Source: Octopus sinensis
Lineage: Eukaryota
Reading direction: 5' to 3'
Length of the DNA: 64,000 nt
NCBI RefSeq assembly: GCF_006345805.1
Contig: NC_043021.1
Location: 12,400,001 to 12,464,000 of the forward strand
Part shown: piece after piece, positions 26,444-41,269 of the stretch
How the letters are laid out: each line of letters opens with the position of its first letter
Numbering within the stretch: the stretch's first letter is position 1
Notes under the pieces: model-generated
What the model was told of the DNA's origin: nothing
The model's input: only the letters and a program-made list of their open reading frames with translations
The model's database searches: none
Translations under genes and position numbers: made by a program

Positions 26444-27069
26444 CTCCCTTTCTTACCATGTCTCTGTTGAAATACTCTTTACTCTCTCTTTTACTTGTTT
26501 CAGTCATTTGACTGTGGCCATGCTGGGGCACCGCCTTTAGTCGAGCAAATCGACTCCAAGACTTATTCTTTGTAAGCCTAGTACTTATTCTATTGGGCTC
26601 TTTTGCCGAACAGCTAAGTTACGGAGATGTAAACACACCAGTATCGGTTGTCACTGAGGCTGATGTACTCAACAAGCAAACCTACCCCACAAAATTTCCG
26701 TTCTTGTGCCTACAGTTGAAGGGATTATTAAGATGGTGTTTAAAGGCAGCAAGCTGGCAGAATTCTTAGCCCATTGGGCAAAATGCTTAGCAGCATTTCT
26801 TCTGCTGAGATCGACTTTGCCTTTCATCCTTTTCCGGGTCAATAAAGCAAGTACCAGTTGAGCACTGGTGTCGATGTTATCAACTAGCAACCCTCCCCGA
26901 AAAATTTCAGACCTTGTGCTAACAATAGAAACGCCTATTAAGATGGTGTTTGAAACATAAGCTAACATGAAAGGTTTTAATGCAGGTCACTTTCAAACAG
27001 GAAGCTATAGAACTAAGGGTAGCCTCACGCCAGGCTGATATCAAATGGGTTAATGACTTTTTCGCACGC

Positions 27070-27288
27070 TTAACTCTTTACCATTCAGACTACTATCTCA
27101 CATATAAATGCTTATTTATTCACATTGTTTTGAATTAATTATGCATTATAGAACCAGGCGTGATGTGATTGTTTATTTTCAGAATGATATTGTAGGACAG
27201 GTGTGAGAGGTTGGATCTGGCCAGTTTGAAAATAAGGCAGATAGAATATTTGGACTGGATGGGTCTGGTTTGAATGCTAAAATGTTAA
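27070..27288. mobile_element. piggyBac-like MITE family 1, opposite orientation
   Basis: Reverse-complement similarity to 10718-10951; TTAA at both ends. Confidence 0.65.
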
Positions 27289-27599
27289 AAACATTACAAT
27301 AAATATCATATATTATAGTCAACGAAACAGAGTTTTGTCCTTCTCTTTTAAGCAAAAGTTCATTTTTTTATTGAAACACAGTACTATCATTTTTATGTTT
27401 TGGTCTGGAGGAAGGGGTTGTGCTGGTGCTCTTCACGGAGACTCTGGTGAGAGCGATGTGTTTTGTGTTTCCTCTTGAGCACTTGCAAACAGACAGCTGC
27501 TGAAAAATTAAAATTAATGAATAAAAAAAGGAAAGGAAAAATGTGTAGGGAAGCAATTCTGCATTACTGGTGTTCTTAAAAAGAGTGAGTAGGAATAGT

Positions 27600-28020
27600 G
27601 GTTTAGTGTTGTAAGGATGGTGGTGGTGCTGGTGGTGCTGGTGCTGGTGCTGGTGCTGGTGGTGATGGCAAAGGTGTTAGTGGTGGTTGTTGTGGTGGTG
27701 GCAGTGGCAGCAAAGGGGGTTGTGGTGGTGGTGAAGGTAGTAGTAGTAGTAGTAGTAGCAGCAGCAGCAGATATAACAGCAGTGGTTGTGGTGATGGTGA
27801 TTGTAAGGGTAATAGTAGCTGCAGAGGTGGTGGTGTAGTGACAGTGCACAGCAGAGGTGGTGGTGGTTTTGGTTGCAGTGCTGTGCAGCTGAAGCAGAAG
27901 TGGCACTACAAGTGGTGATGATGGTGTAGCAGTGATGCCAGTGGTGGTGGGGTGATGGTGGAATCGGTGAGGTGGTGGCAATGAAGTCTGGTGGTGAAGA
28001 TGGTGGTGTTAGTGGTGATG
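27600..28020. repeat. GTG/GTA/GCA trinucleotide low-complexity tract
   Basis: Direct inspection. Confidence 0.85.
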
Positions 28021-28767
28021 GACACGGTTTGATTGACGTAAGGAAGGGAGATGAATGACTTGGGGAAGTGTCGGAATGGAAGCCAAACCAAGCAACTGCT
28101 CACTCTGAAGAGGAGAGCAAAAAGCTTTTGTAGTTGTAATAATGGTAGAAAAGCCAGAGAGAGAGAGGAGAGGAGACACCATGTCTGTGGGTCAGAGGCT
28201 GAAGTTTCTCAGTGAGCATGAAAAGGCCCAGAGGTTACAGGTTCTTCAATCTAGTTTGAATCCCAGATGTATGATGCGAAGCTGATTCAATTCTGGCAGG
28301 ATTTCATCTTTGAACGAAGCTGGATAAAATTGAATACTTAATAGAATTATTTTTTATTTATTTCACATTAGAAAGTTCTCCCATTTCAGACACTGGTTGC
28401 TCTTTTGGTTTCAAATATCCATCCATCCAATTTTGCCACTTACTTTTCCTATGAGTGTTTTTATGGTTAGAGCCCTCAGGCACCTCTGTCAAGAAGTCCT
28501 GTCAGAAGCAACTCTCATTAAACTAGAACTGCTGGATTCCCAAGCATGATCGACTGAGGTTATGAGTATTACTAGCTGGCCCCATGCCATCAAAAATGAT
28601 GGCTAATTGTAGTAATTTATATCTACTTATAATGATAAATTAAATTAATACACTTGTCAATGTTCTCATACGCACACATATATATTCACGGCACTCACCC
28701 ATCTCACGCATGCCCCTCTTATACGAGGGTAACCAAAGGTACCGAAACCGGCCCCCGGCCCCCATGA

Positions 28768-29172
28768 AGTGGCTGTGTGGTAAGTAGCTTGCTTACCAAC
28801 CACATGGTTCTGGGTTCAGTCCCACTGCGTGGCACCTTGGGCAAGTGTCTTCTACTATAGCCTTGGGCCGACCAAAACCTTGTGAGTGGATTTGGTAGAT
28901 GGAAACTGAAAGAAGCCCGTCGTATATATGTGCATATGTATATATATATGTGTGTTTGTATGTCTGTGTTTGTTCCCCCCCCCCCCAACATCGCTTGACA
29001 ACTGTTACTGGTGTGTTTACATCCCCGTAACTTAGCGGTTTGATAAAAGAGACCGATAGAATAAGTACTAGGCATACAAAGAATACAAAGAAGTCCTGGG
29101 GTTGATTTGTTCGACTAAAGGTGGTGCTCCAGCATGGCTGCTGTCAAATGACTGAAACAAGTAAAAGAGAGA
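28768..29172 (+). mobile_element. SINE family A copy
   Basis: Homology to 48428-48856. Confidence 0.87.
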
Positions 29173-30041
29173 GTATGCAGAGTTGAAACTCTGTTTGATT
29201 TTTTTTTTCACTGTAGCACTTCCATCATTCCACTACCAAGTTTGCCATCACCCCTTCCTTCCTTATTCATCTCTCTCCTCTTCCTTTCTCATTCATATGT
29301 TGTGATGGAGAAATACACAAGAATATTATTATAGTAGATTATCCACGGTTTCAAATACCTTAATTGAAAACACATGGCATCTTGGGCATGTGTTTTCTGC
29401 TTGGTTCTGGGTCTATGGGAGCCTTGTGAGTGGATTCGGTAGATGAAAACTGATAGAAACTCTTCATATACATGTGTGTGTGTTAGTGTCTCGTCGTCTT
29501 CATATCGTGTGATGGTTGTAAACAAGCATCACAGTTGTACAAGCAGTGTCGCTCATTTCTAATCTTCCATAGAAGCATATCCATCCTCGGGAATATTGCT
29601 TTGCTTGGAAAAAAAGTTATCAGTTGGTGACAGGAAAAGCACCCAGCTATAGAAAATCTGACCCATGCTTGCATGGAAAAGTGGACATTAAGACAGTGCT
29701 GACGATAATGATGAACTGCAAAATTACAAGTACAATTACAGAAAGTCTGTCTGTCTGTCACTCTCTCTCTCTCTCTCCCTCTCTCGATATAGCTATCATT
29801 GTAATACATGTACGTACATAAGGTGGCAAGCTGCGGAATCATTAGCATGCCAGGCAAAATGCTTGGCAGCATTTTGTCCGTCTTTGTATTTTGAGTTCAA
29901 ATCCTACTGAAGTTGATTTGCCTTTCATCCTTTCAGGGTCGGTAAAATAAGTACCAGTTGAATACTGGGGATCGATGTAATTGACTTACCACTCTCCCCT
30001 GAACTTGCTGGCCTTGTGCCAAAATTTGAAGCCAATATATA

Positions 30042-30437
30042 TTCTTTTATTCTTTTATTTGTTTCAGTCATTTGGCTGCGGTCATGCTGGAGCACCACCT
30101 TTAGTCAAACAAATCAACCCCAGGACTTATTCTTTATAAGCCTAGTACTTATTCTATCGATCTATTTTGCCAAACTGCTAAGTTACAGGGACATAAACAC
30201 ACCAACATCGGTTGTCAAGCGATGCTAGGGCAACAAACACAGACACATACATTTATACATACACATATATGTACAATGGGCTTCTTTCAGTTTCCGCCTA
30301 CCAAATCCACTCACAAGGCTTTGGTTAGCCCAAAGGCTATAATAGAAGACACTTGCGTAAGGTGCCACGCAGGGTGACTGAACCCGGAACCATATGGTTG
30401 GTAAGCAAGTTACTTACCACACAGCCACTCCTATGCC
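30042..30437 (-). mobile_element. SINE family A copy
   Basis: Full-length reverse-complement homology. Confidence 0.87.
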
Positions 30438-30688
30438 TATATATATATGTATGTATGTGTATGTATGTATGTATGTATGTTTGCATGTATATTGTCAATG
30501 AGAGGGGGTTCCAAGAATCCAGGTTGATTACTTCTGGTAGCACTATTGCAAGGATGCCAGCTATCAGAATGTATAGGATGGAAAATTTCTTAAGTAGTAA
30601 TATTCATCTCACACAAACTGAAAATCCAGAAGATTATCTCCTGTCATACAAAACATGTGATACCAACAACTCCATTCTTTGCTTATTC

Positions 30689-30732
<44 letters not shown>

Positions 30733-30734
<2 letters not shown>

Positions 30735-31142
30735 TTCAGCAACAATTTAGATTCAAATGAATATGGTACTTAATTTAGATGCACCAGAATTTTGTATGGT
30801 GTTAGCCATAAAAATTTTCGGGGTGATTATAATCAAAATAAGCAACAAGAATGACTCCGGTAATTCGGTACAATTGTTTCGCACTACATTATTTTATTAA
30901 AAGTTGTATGTATTACAGCGGATTTAAGATGCTGAGTGCTCATCAGCCAATTATATAGGTTTTCCATTAATACAAAAGCTTTCAAATCAAGTAGTAACAT
31001 TATAGAGAAGGTAGATATACAGATAAAGATGTAGATTTAAATTTTAAGAACATATGAGGTTGTGAAGTCCAACCGCTGACTGACCAAGCTATGGGTGTAT
31101 CTAACTGCTATAAGATTAGAAGTAATAAAGGTTTTTTAGTTG
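30733..31142 (-). mobile_element. ~410 bp (TA)n-flanked insert carrying the canonical hammerhead
   Basis: Single-copy in this window, bounded by (TA)n tracts on both sides, contains 30861-30953. Confidence 0.45.
30861..30953 (-). ncRNA. Type I hammerhead ribozyme motif, canonical core, palindromic helix III
   Basis: Minus strand: TAATTGG CTGATGA GCACT[...]AGTGC GAAA CAATTG TA CC(G)AATTA. Helix I is 7 bp with one bulge, helix II is GCACT/AGTGC with an inner CAGC/GCTG hairpin, helix III is the palindrome ACAATTGT, cleavage triplet GUA. Confidence 0.8.
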
Positions 31143-31163
31143 TATATATATATATATATATAT

Positions 31164-31206
<43 letters not shown>

Positions 31207-31543
31207 TTTATTGTTCCATTAGATGTAGGATCTATAAAAAAAATGTACTCCATCCAGTCAGAGATGAATATCGTTTAATGTACACTGTATTTTAAGTAAG
31301 AACTGCTAACAGTTTCATGCCATGGGAACACAATAACCTGGCAGATTTATAAAACATGCTTTGAGTTTCCAAGCAATTTTTCAGGTTCAGTGCACTTAGT
31401 TAGTCCTATATATATATATACACACACATACACATATATATAGATAGATATATGTATATATATATATCACTTAGCTTAATGGTAAAGAGCACTATGTGTG
31501 GATATACTCACACACACACACTTATACTCACACTCATGCACAT

Positions 31544-31925
31544 AGGCGCAGGATTGGCTGTGTGGTAAGTGGCTTGCTTACCAAGCACATGGTTCCAGAT
31601 TCACTCCCACTGTGTGGCATCTTGGCCAAGTTTCTTCTGTTTTAGCCTCGGGCTGACCAAAGCCTTGTAAGTGGATTTGGTAGGCAGAAACTGAACGAAG
31701 CACGTCATATATATATGTGTGTGTGTGTGTGTCTGTATTTGTCCCCCCTCACCATCGCTTGACAACCGATGCTGCTGTGTTTACGTCTCCATAACTTAGC
31801 GGTTCAGCAAAAGTGACCAATAGAATCAGTGCTAGTTTTACAAAGAATAAGTCCTGCAGTCGATTTGTTAGAATAAAGGCAGTGCTCCAGCATGGCTGCA
31901 GTCAAATAGCTGAAACCCAAAAATG
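31544..31925 (+). mobile_element. SINE family A copy
   Basis: Homology to 48428-48856. Confidence 0.85.
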
Positions 31926-31930
31926 AATAA

Positions 31931-31976
<46 letters not shown>

Positions 31977-32699
31977 ATATATATACGCACACTCACAAAC
32001 ACATATATATACACCATATATATATATATATATATGGGTATATATGCATATATACATATGCATCTACATTTTTTTAATTTTTTTATATATATATACATAT
32101 ATATATATTTGCATGTATATCTGTTTGTGTGCACTCACACACTCACACTCATACGCATACATACACGCATATAAAAAGCTTCGACTACTAATAAAGAGCA
32201 CATGCATTGCCACATGCATTGCGACATGCATTGCCACATGCATCGATTCCTGTTTCCCTCTGTAAACACAAACATTCACCAATCTGTCTCCCCGTTTATA
32301 CACTTGCACACACACACGCACGCGCACACACATGTACACACGTGCATGCATATTTACACACACATACACACACGCACGCATATATACATGTGTGTGTGGG
32401 GGGGAGATATCGTGCTGTTTTATTTGCAAAATATTTATTTACATGCCAGTCAATTTTAATTGCAAATAAATCTGTACACATCAGGAGGAAATTTTTCAAA
32501 TCGAATCAAATCCGTTTCCAGCAAACTAGTAAGAACAACATCGACAACAACAAGATCAGGCTCCACCACATGCTACCACCATTTCTCTCCGTTCCGTTTC
32601 GTTCTGTTCCGCGCTCTCTCTTCCATCAAAATAGTTCCTATAGCCCTCCTCTAGTGACCTAAAGCCTGGATTATTTTACATCAGTCTTAACTCTCTGTT

Positions 32700-33620
<921 letters not shown>

Positions 33621-34039
33621 GTGTTTGTTTGTTTGTTTACATATGCACGTTTGTTTGTTTGTTTGTTTATGTTTGTATTATGCAGTACAGAACATTTTTC
33701 GGAAAAATTCACGGTTCAGTAAAAGAAAAAAAAACAACAAAGATTAAAAACAAAAAAGCAAAAACAGAAACAAAAAACAGCAAAGAACAAAAAGACACCC
33801 AAATCAAAACAATAAACTGTAGCGTTTGATTTAATTTTTATTATTTTTTAAAGATTTTATTTATTTTATTTGATGCCAAAACAAAATACCTTTAGCCATT
33901 TTTAGAGATTATTGCAAATTTCGTTGCTGAGTTTATATATTTTCTGTGAAAAAACATCTCTAATTATTGGCAAGTGCAAAGCTTTCAGAGTAATAACTAT
34001 TATTTTGTATTATATTACATTATATTACATCATATTGAT

Positions 34040-35130
34040 TTCAAATTTTGGCACAAGGCCAGCAATTTCAGGGGAGGGTGTAAGTTGATTATAACAACCC
34101 AAGTGCTCAACTGGTACTTATTTTATCAACCCTAAAAGGATGAAAGGCAAAATTAACAATCGGCAGAATTTGAACTCAGAACGTAAAGACAGATGAAATG
34201 CTGCTAAGCGTTTTGCCAAGAGTTCTTACAATTTTATCAGCTTGCCACCTTATTCTGTTGTATTATATATTGATGCCCATGGGCATATGGCGTAGTGGTT
34301 AAGAGCACAGGCTACTAACCCCAAGATTCCGAGTTTGATTGCAGGCAGTGACCTGAATAATAATAATATGTAAAAATACCTTAGGAATGAGAACCTAAGT
34401 TCGAAGTTTCCCTAAGACATATGTGTAGGAGTGGCTGTGTGGTAAGTAGCTTGCTTACAAACCACATGGTTCCAGGTTCAGTCACATTGTATGGCATCTT
34501 GGGCAAGTGTCTTCTACTATAGCTTCAGGCCGACTAAAGCTTTGTGAGTGGATTTGGTAGACGGAAACTGAAAGAGACCTATCGTATATATGTGTGTGTA
34601 TATGTTTGTGTGTCTGTGATTGTCCGCTCCACCATTGCTTGACAACTGATGCTGGTGTGTTTACGTCCCCGTAACTTAGTGGTTCGGCTAAAGAGACTGA
34701 TAGAATAAGTACTAGGCTTAAGAAATATGCACTGACATTGATACCCCAGTAGTCAACTGGTAGTTATTTTATCAACCCTAAAAGGATGAAAGGCAAAGTT
34801 GACCTCAGCAGAGTTTGAACTCAGAATGTAAAGACATATGAAATGCCACCAAGCATTTTGCCCAGTGGGCTAACAATTCTACCAGCTCCCTGCCTCATTA
34901 TATCCTATTGGTTTCGAATTTTGACACAAGGCCAGCAATTTCAATGACGGAAGGTGTTAAGTCCATTATAACAACCCCAGTGTTCAACTGGTACTTATAT
35001 TTCATAGACCCCCAAAAGGATGAAATTCAAAGTCGACTTCGGTGGAATTTGAACTCAGAGCATAGCGGTAAATGAAATGCCGCCAAGCATTTTGCCTGGC
35101 GTTCTAACGATTCTGACAGCTTGCTGCCTG
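34040..35130 (-). mobile_element. Cluster of three SINE family B copies interleaved with a family A copy and a short tRNA-like SINE (~34285-34410)
   Basis: Repeated caactggtacttattttatc...atttgaactcagaac...cttgccgcc blocks. Confidence 0.75.
34425..34725 (+). mobile_element. SINE family A copy, 3'-truncated
   Basis: Homology to 48428-48856. Confidence 0.8.
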
Positions 35131-35672
35131 ATTGCATTATATCATATTATGTTGTTTTATGTTTCGTGCGGTTTTTTTTTTTCGATTATTATTATTTTTT
35201 TTTTTTTTATTCTGTTTCATTTGATTTATTTATTTATTTTCTTGATCTTCATTTGATTTACTGCAATTCCGATTCTGATTCCATTTGATTTGTTTTGTAG
35301 TTTTATTTATTTATTTATTTATTTATTTTTTGGAAGTCGATTATATTGTAAAGCCACTACTACTACTACTACTACTACTGCCTGTCAGCTTTATGTACTA
35401 CTCTAGTTAATCAAGGGAGTGGTGGTGGTAGTGGTGGTGGTGGTGGTGGTGAGGATGATACGGACGATGGGGATTGGACTGCGGCCAAGCTGTGGCCACC
35501 ACCTTGAAGGATTTTAGTCGAACAAATCAATGTCAGTGCATGTTTTTTAAGCCTGGTACTTACTCTATCCATCTCCTTTTGCTGAACTGTTAGGTTTACA
35601 GGCATGTAAACAAACACCAGTTGTCAAGCAATGTGTGTGTGTGTGTGTTTTGGCAGAAAGACAAACACAATG

Positions 35673-35706
<34 letters not shown>

Positions 35707-36432
35707 ACACACACACACAAATACATACATATAAATAACACAAAGACAAAGTTAAAAAAACGAAGTGTATTAGGTTTATGCTCAGGATAAATTGAAAGAA
35801 GTCATTTATATTTTGAGCAGATGCTCTTCTACAGGATCAATAGATAATGGGTGGGATTCCACACGGTTTCCATCATGCACATTCACTTGCAATGCATTGG
35901 TTCACCCTGGGGGCTATGGTAGAAGATACTTGTCAAAGGTGCTGTTAAGTGGAATTGAAACCAGAACCACATGGTTTGAAAGTAAGCTTCTTAAACACAC
36001 ACCCAGGCAAATAGATGAATAGAATACACCACAGCTACATTGTTGTTGTTGTTGATGATGTTGATTTTATTTTGGTAAAAATCAAGTAGTGGTAGTATGG
36101 AATCATGCCCTGTTTACAGCTCATCGGTGCATCCACCAGTTGTTGGTGGTACCCTACTACTCCTGGCAGATGACACTTTTGCACTACTCGGGTGACAATC
36201 CTCAAACCCATGGGTCTGTTTGGGTTGTCGTTGCTGGTGAGGATTTTATAAGGCTGGAATGCAATACCCCTTCTGGAAGAAGGGGTGTCGTCCGTGACCG
36301 TCGCAGACCCTCCAAGGCTGGTGACCTCAGTGCTATTAATGTTCCGTTTCAAGTGTTGTAGGCCAACACCTGCAGGAGGGAAATGAGCAGAGAGAAAGTT
36401 CCAGAGAGAAAATGTGCTGTGGAAACAGCAGC

Positions 36433-36469
<37 letters not shown>

Positions 36470-36759
36470 CTGATGGTGGTGGTGGTGGTGGTGGTGGTGG
36501 TGGTGGTGGTGGTGGTAGTAGTAGTAACAGTAGTAGTAGTAGTAGTAGTATGAGAGCATGCGCTGTAACAGTGTGTCACTGCATCCACCATTTGTTGTTG
36601 ATCCCTACTATTCCTGGCTGATAACGCCTTTTCGCCACTCAGGCAACAACCCTTCAACCCATTGGTCTGTTTTGAGTAGTCGTTGCTTGTGAGGGTTTTA
36701 CAAGGTCAGTGTTCAAATCCTACCTCAGCCTCTTTTGGTCGCCTTTTACAAGATGCAGA

Positions 36760-37025
36760 GGAAATGTTGGGTTTATTCTTTGACATGCTGGTGCCATGCA
36801 TACCAGCCTCCCTTCTCCATGCCACGAATGTTGTCCAAGGGAAAGGCAAAGGCCAATGCAGCTTGGCACCAGTGATGTCACAACTCATTTCTACAAATGA
36901 ATGAACTGGAGCAACATAAAATAAGATGTCTTGCTCAAGAACACAACACATAATCCATCCAGGAATCGAACTTAAAAGCTTACAGTTGTAAGCCCAATCC
37001 TCTAACTACGGAGCCATGCACCTTC
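36760..37025 (-). mobile_element. SINE family C copy
   Basis: Reverse-complement homology to 20388-20735. Confidence 0.7.
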
Positions 37026-37443
37026 ACATATGTATGACTAGCATAATTTATAATATTCTATTTCATCTGCTTGCCGTGCTGGCTTGGGGTTGATGGGCCA
37101 TCGTGGTCTGAATCCTCTGTTATTGGGAGCCACTGCTCTCATAGACTGCTACCCTTACATGTCATTTGTTCCAATTTCTGATAAAATGTCCTTCCTATCT
37201 TCACCCGCATTACAGAGTGCACTTGGTGCATTTTCTCCTGGCATCATCAGTAGAAATGTTGAACGGTCCTCGAGAAGATGAGGGTTAGTTATATTTAAAT
37301 TATATACAAAACAGATGTTAGTTCTAGGCCCCAGGGACTATATAGCATCACTTTAATTCATTTTCCTCTTCTCTGCAAAGCCAAAAAGTATTTCATATGC
37401 TAACAATTATTGACATCTACAAAGCTTGGGTGAAGCTCATAAT

Positions 37444-37485
<42 letters not shown>

Positions 37486-37719
37486 CCTGCTGTAGAAACT
37501 CTGCCAGTTCAAGATTGGAGCCTTGTGCAGCCATCTGGTTTGTCAGCCTTCAGTCAAAATCATCCAACCCATGCCAGCATGGAAATCGGACGTTAAACGC
37601 TGATGATGATGATGATGATACATACATACATATGTACATATATATATATATATATATATGTGTATATGTATGTATGTATATATATATATATATGCGTACC
37701 TTTTCCTTCTTTGGACACT

Positions 37720-38160
37720 AAACTCTGCTTGCGAAGACCTGTTGAGGCAAGTGAAATCGAAATCAAAATCAAAGTGAAATTTGATGACGGGCACGAGCAC
37801 CATACAAGCGTGATCGGTGACAGAGCGACTAACTGGCTTCCGTGCCGGTGGCATGTAAAAGGGCACCATTCGAGCGGGATCGTTACCAGCATCGCCTTAC
37901 TGGCACCTGTGCCGTTGGCATGTGTAAAAAATTCAAGCGAGGTTGTTGCCAGTACCGCCTGACTGGCCCCCGTGCTGGTGGCACGTAAAAGCACCCACTA
38001 CACTCTTGGAGTGGTTGGCATTAGGAAGGGCATCCAGCTGTAGAAACACTGCCAGATCAAGACTGGAGCCTGGTGCAGCCATCTGGTTCGCCAGCCCACA
38101 GTCAAACCATCCAACCCATGCTAGCATGGAAAGCGGACGTTAAATGATGATGCTGATGAT
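37720..38160 (+). mobile_element. RTE-type 3' tail element (long form); a second short copy lies at ~37475-37618
   Basis: gtggcacgtaaaagcacc sub-repeats; ends gcggacgttaaatgatgatg. Confidence 0.75.
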
Positions 38161-39138
38161 ACAATTTTGAAAAGATAATTGAAAGCCCTCACACACACTA
38201 GAAAGAAACTTCCTCCAAAAAGATTAGTGATTCTCTGATAAAGAATTTACAACTTTTTGTTTTTTTAATAATTTTTTTAAAGAAATCTTTTTTATACTTG
38301 GTAAAACTGTATCAAATAATTTTAACAAAAGCTGTTAAATATATATATACATATATATATTTATATTTATATACATACACACATGCGCACTCAAATATGT
38401 ACACACATATACATTTTGTGTATGCTTGTATATACTAGGATTGCTTCCATTAACTATATATTCTTCACAGCCAGCGTCATTATCCTGGTGGTACCTAGTC
38501 ATAAGGAATCAATACCAACCAACAATATTATACATCTTTCGTCTTCCATATATTTTATTCTTTTTCCCTTTGAGATTTTTCATCTGGTTTGCAAAAAAAA
38601 AAAGAATATATATATTTCACTTTGAAGTATTTCGCACCTTGCTGTTAAAAACACATCTGTAATTTAGGAGATAAAATGAATAGAATAAGCAAAATAAAAA
38701 CTAATCTACTTTAGTGAAGCAGCCTATTTTTATTACCATGTTTTACCTGGTTCTGTTTTCTGTTGGTGTGTAGATATGGTATTTTTACCAATGTTTTTCC
38801 CATTCAGGAAGCGATTTTAAAATTTGGGTTAATGATAAACATATAAGCTAGCCCGATATAGAGAGAGATTCTGCAGTTTATCTATAATTCTCTTTGAACA
38901 TATATGTGTGTGTGTCTGTGTGTTTGTGTAATTCTCTGTGTACGTATACATATATGTATGTATCTATCTATCTATCTGTGTGTACTATAACTCTGTTTGA
39001 ACACGTGTATGTCTGTGTGTGTGTGTGTGTGTGTGTGTAATTCTCTGTGTTTGTATACATGTATGTATGTGTGTATTTATGTATGTATGTATCTATATAT
39101 ATATATGTTCACTATAATTCTATTTGAACATGTGTGCG

Positions 39139-39176
<38 letters not shown>

Positions 39177-39205
39177 ATATATACATACATACATACATAT
39201 ATCTA

Positions 39206-39255
<50 letters not shown>

Positions 39256-40359
39256 AATATATATATTATACACACGCACATACACCAATACATGTATCTC
39301 TAAATATGAAATTGTTAATTCTTACATGAAGTCAGAATACGTAGCCATTCAGATTATGCTTTGTTGAATACAGCTCAATACATTAAGCTGTTCCCATCAT
39401 GCCCTCTTCCTAACATGCCTTACAGAGCAACATGGCTGCCCACGATGAGTCGACCTCTACATGGTTGCTCAATGTCCTAGAAATAGCAGCCAAATCTTAC
39501 CTGAAGTCATATCCTTAACCCTCTTGATGCCAACCCACCTGAGACTGCTCCTTAGTCATATAATGTAAACTTCCTGTTTTAGCATGATCTAAATTAAAAT
39601 TTCATGTTTATTTATGTTCCAAACACCACTTTATTAATACTCTATCACTTGTTTCAGTCATTTGACTGTGGCCATGCTGGAGCACTGCCTTTAGTTGAAC
39701 AAATTGACCCCCCAAGACTTTGGGATTGCACCTAGAAAGTTCCCCTCCAAGGCACAAGTCCGGGCAAGGTTGTTTATGGAAGACCAGCAGTCACTCATGC
39801 ATAGCAGCCTCCACTCTCCATGCCACCAATGTTGTCTGAGAGAAAGGTAAAGGCCAATACAGCTTGGCATCAGTTTCTGTCCATCAAATTCATTCATAAA
39901 GTGTTGGTCAGTCCAAGGCGAAGGCTTTAGTAGAAGACACTTTTCCTAAGTCTCACAATGTGGGACTGAACCAGGAACTTCATGGCTGCAAACTGAACTT
40001 CTTAACTGCACGGCCATGCCTGCACCTTTCCGTATTTCCATATTTTATGAGGATGCACTGGGCATTGCTCTTCAAAGGCGACTTTGACTAGAAAAAGAAA
40101 AAGAAAAGAATAAAGAAAAGCATTCTATATACAACAACAGCGATGACGATGATGATGACAGTAGAATCCTCACACCTGGAAGAACCCAGATTTTTGTCTT
40201 AATGCTAACGAAACAAACAAACAAATGTGAATCCAGTTCTTTCATCTCGTATTCAAAACATTCTTTCATCAAAGCTACTGTTCAGCATTTAGTCTCTTGG
40301 GGAGTTTTTTTTAATCATTTAGTCACAGGTAAATGGGCTATGCCTGTATCACCCTGAGA

Positions 40360-41160
40360 CTGGTGGCAGGTGAGGTGAATTCAGAAGTGGGTTATTAATA
40401 TATTTGTCATTAGATAGGTAAAGTGTGTTGATATGCTACCAAGAAGTGAAGTATGTTATTGTGATATCGACAGGTGAGATATGTTGTGGTATAGATAGGT
40501 GAGTTATGCTGTTGTGGTGTAAAGAGGTAAGGTGTATTACAGTATGGACAGGTGAGGTATGTTGTGGTGTAGATAGGTGAATTATACTGTTATGTGTAAA
40601 GAGGTAAGATGTGTTTCAGTATGGGCAGGTGAGGTATGTTGTGGTATCGACAGGTGAGGTGAATTATTCTGTTGCCATATCAAGAGGTGAGATGTGTTTT
40701 AGTATAGACAGATAAGGTATCTTGTTGCAGACAAGATACCTTACCTGTCTTAACCTATAGACAGGTGAGGTATGCTGTTGTGGTAAAGATAGGTGAGGTA
40801 TGCTGTTGTGGTATAGATAGGTGAAATATGTTGTAATATAGACAGGTGAAGTATGTTGTTGCAGTATAGATAGGTGAGGTATGTTGTGGTATAGGCAGGT
40901 GAGACATGTTGCAATATAGACAGGTAAGGCATGTTATTGTATCAAGTGAGGTATGTTGTTGTGGTGTAGACAGGTTAGGTATATTATAGTATAGGCAGGT
41001 GAAGTATATTATTGTATAGACAGGTGAGGTATGTTGTTTAAACAGGTGAAGCATGTTAGTGTATAGACAGGTAAGGTATACTATTGTATAGACAGGTGAG
41101 ATATGTTGTGGTGTAGACAGATAGTTTTTTGTGGTATAGGCAGGTGAGTTATGTTGTTCT
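40360..41160. repeat. Degenerate ~25-bp minisatellite (gacaggtgaggtatgttgtggtata)
   Basis: More than 25 diverged units. Confidence 0.85.
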
Positions 41161-41269
41161 ATAGATACTAGCCAAAGTGTTCCTGCTGAAGTAAACTTTG
41201 CTTTCATCATTTTGCAGTTGATAAATGAAGTACCAGTTAAGTACTGGGGTCAGTGTAATTGACTAGTCC

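Noticed and set aside
28720-28765. TACGAGGGT mariner-like terminus
   Set aside because: Only ~9 informative bases and no partner TIR or transposase.
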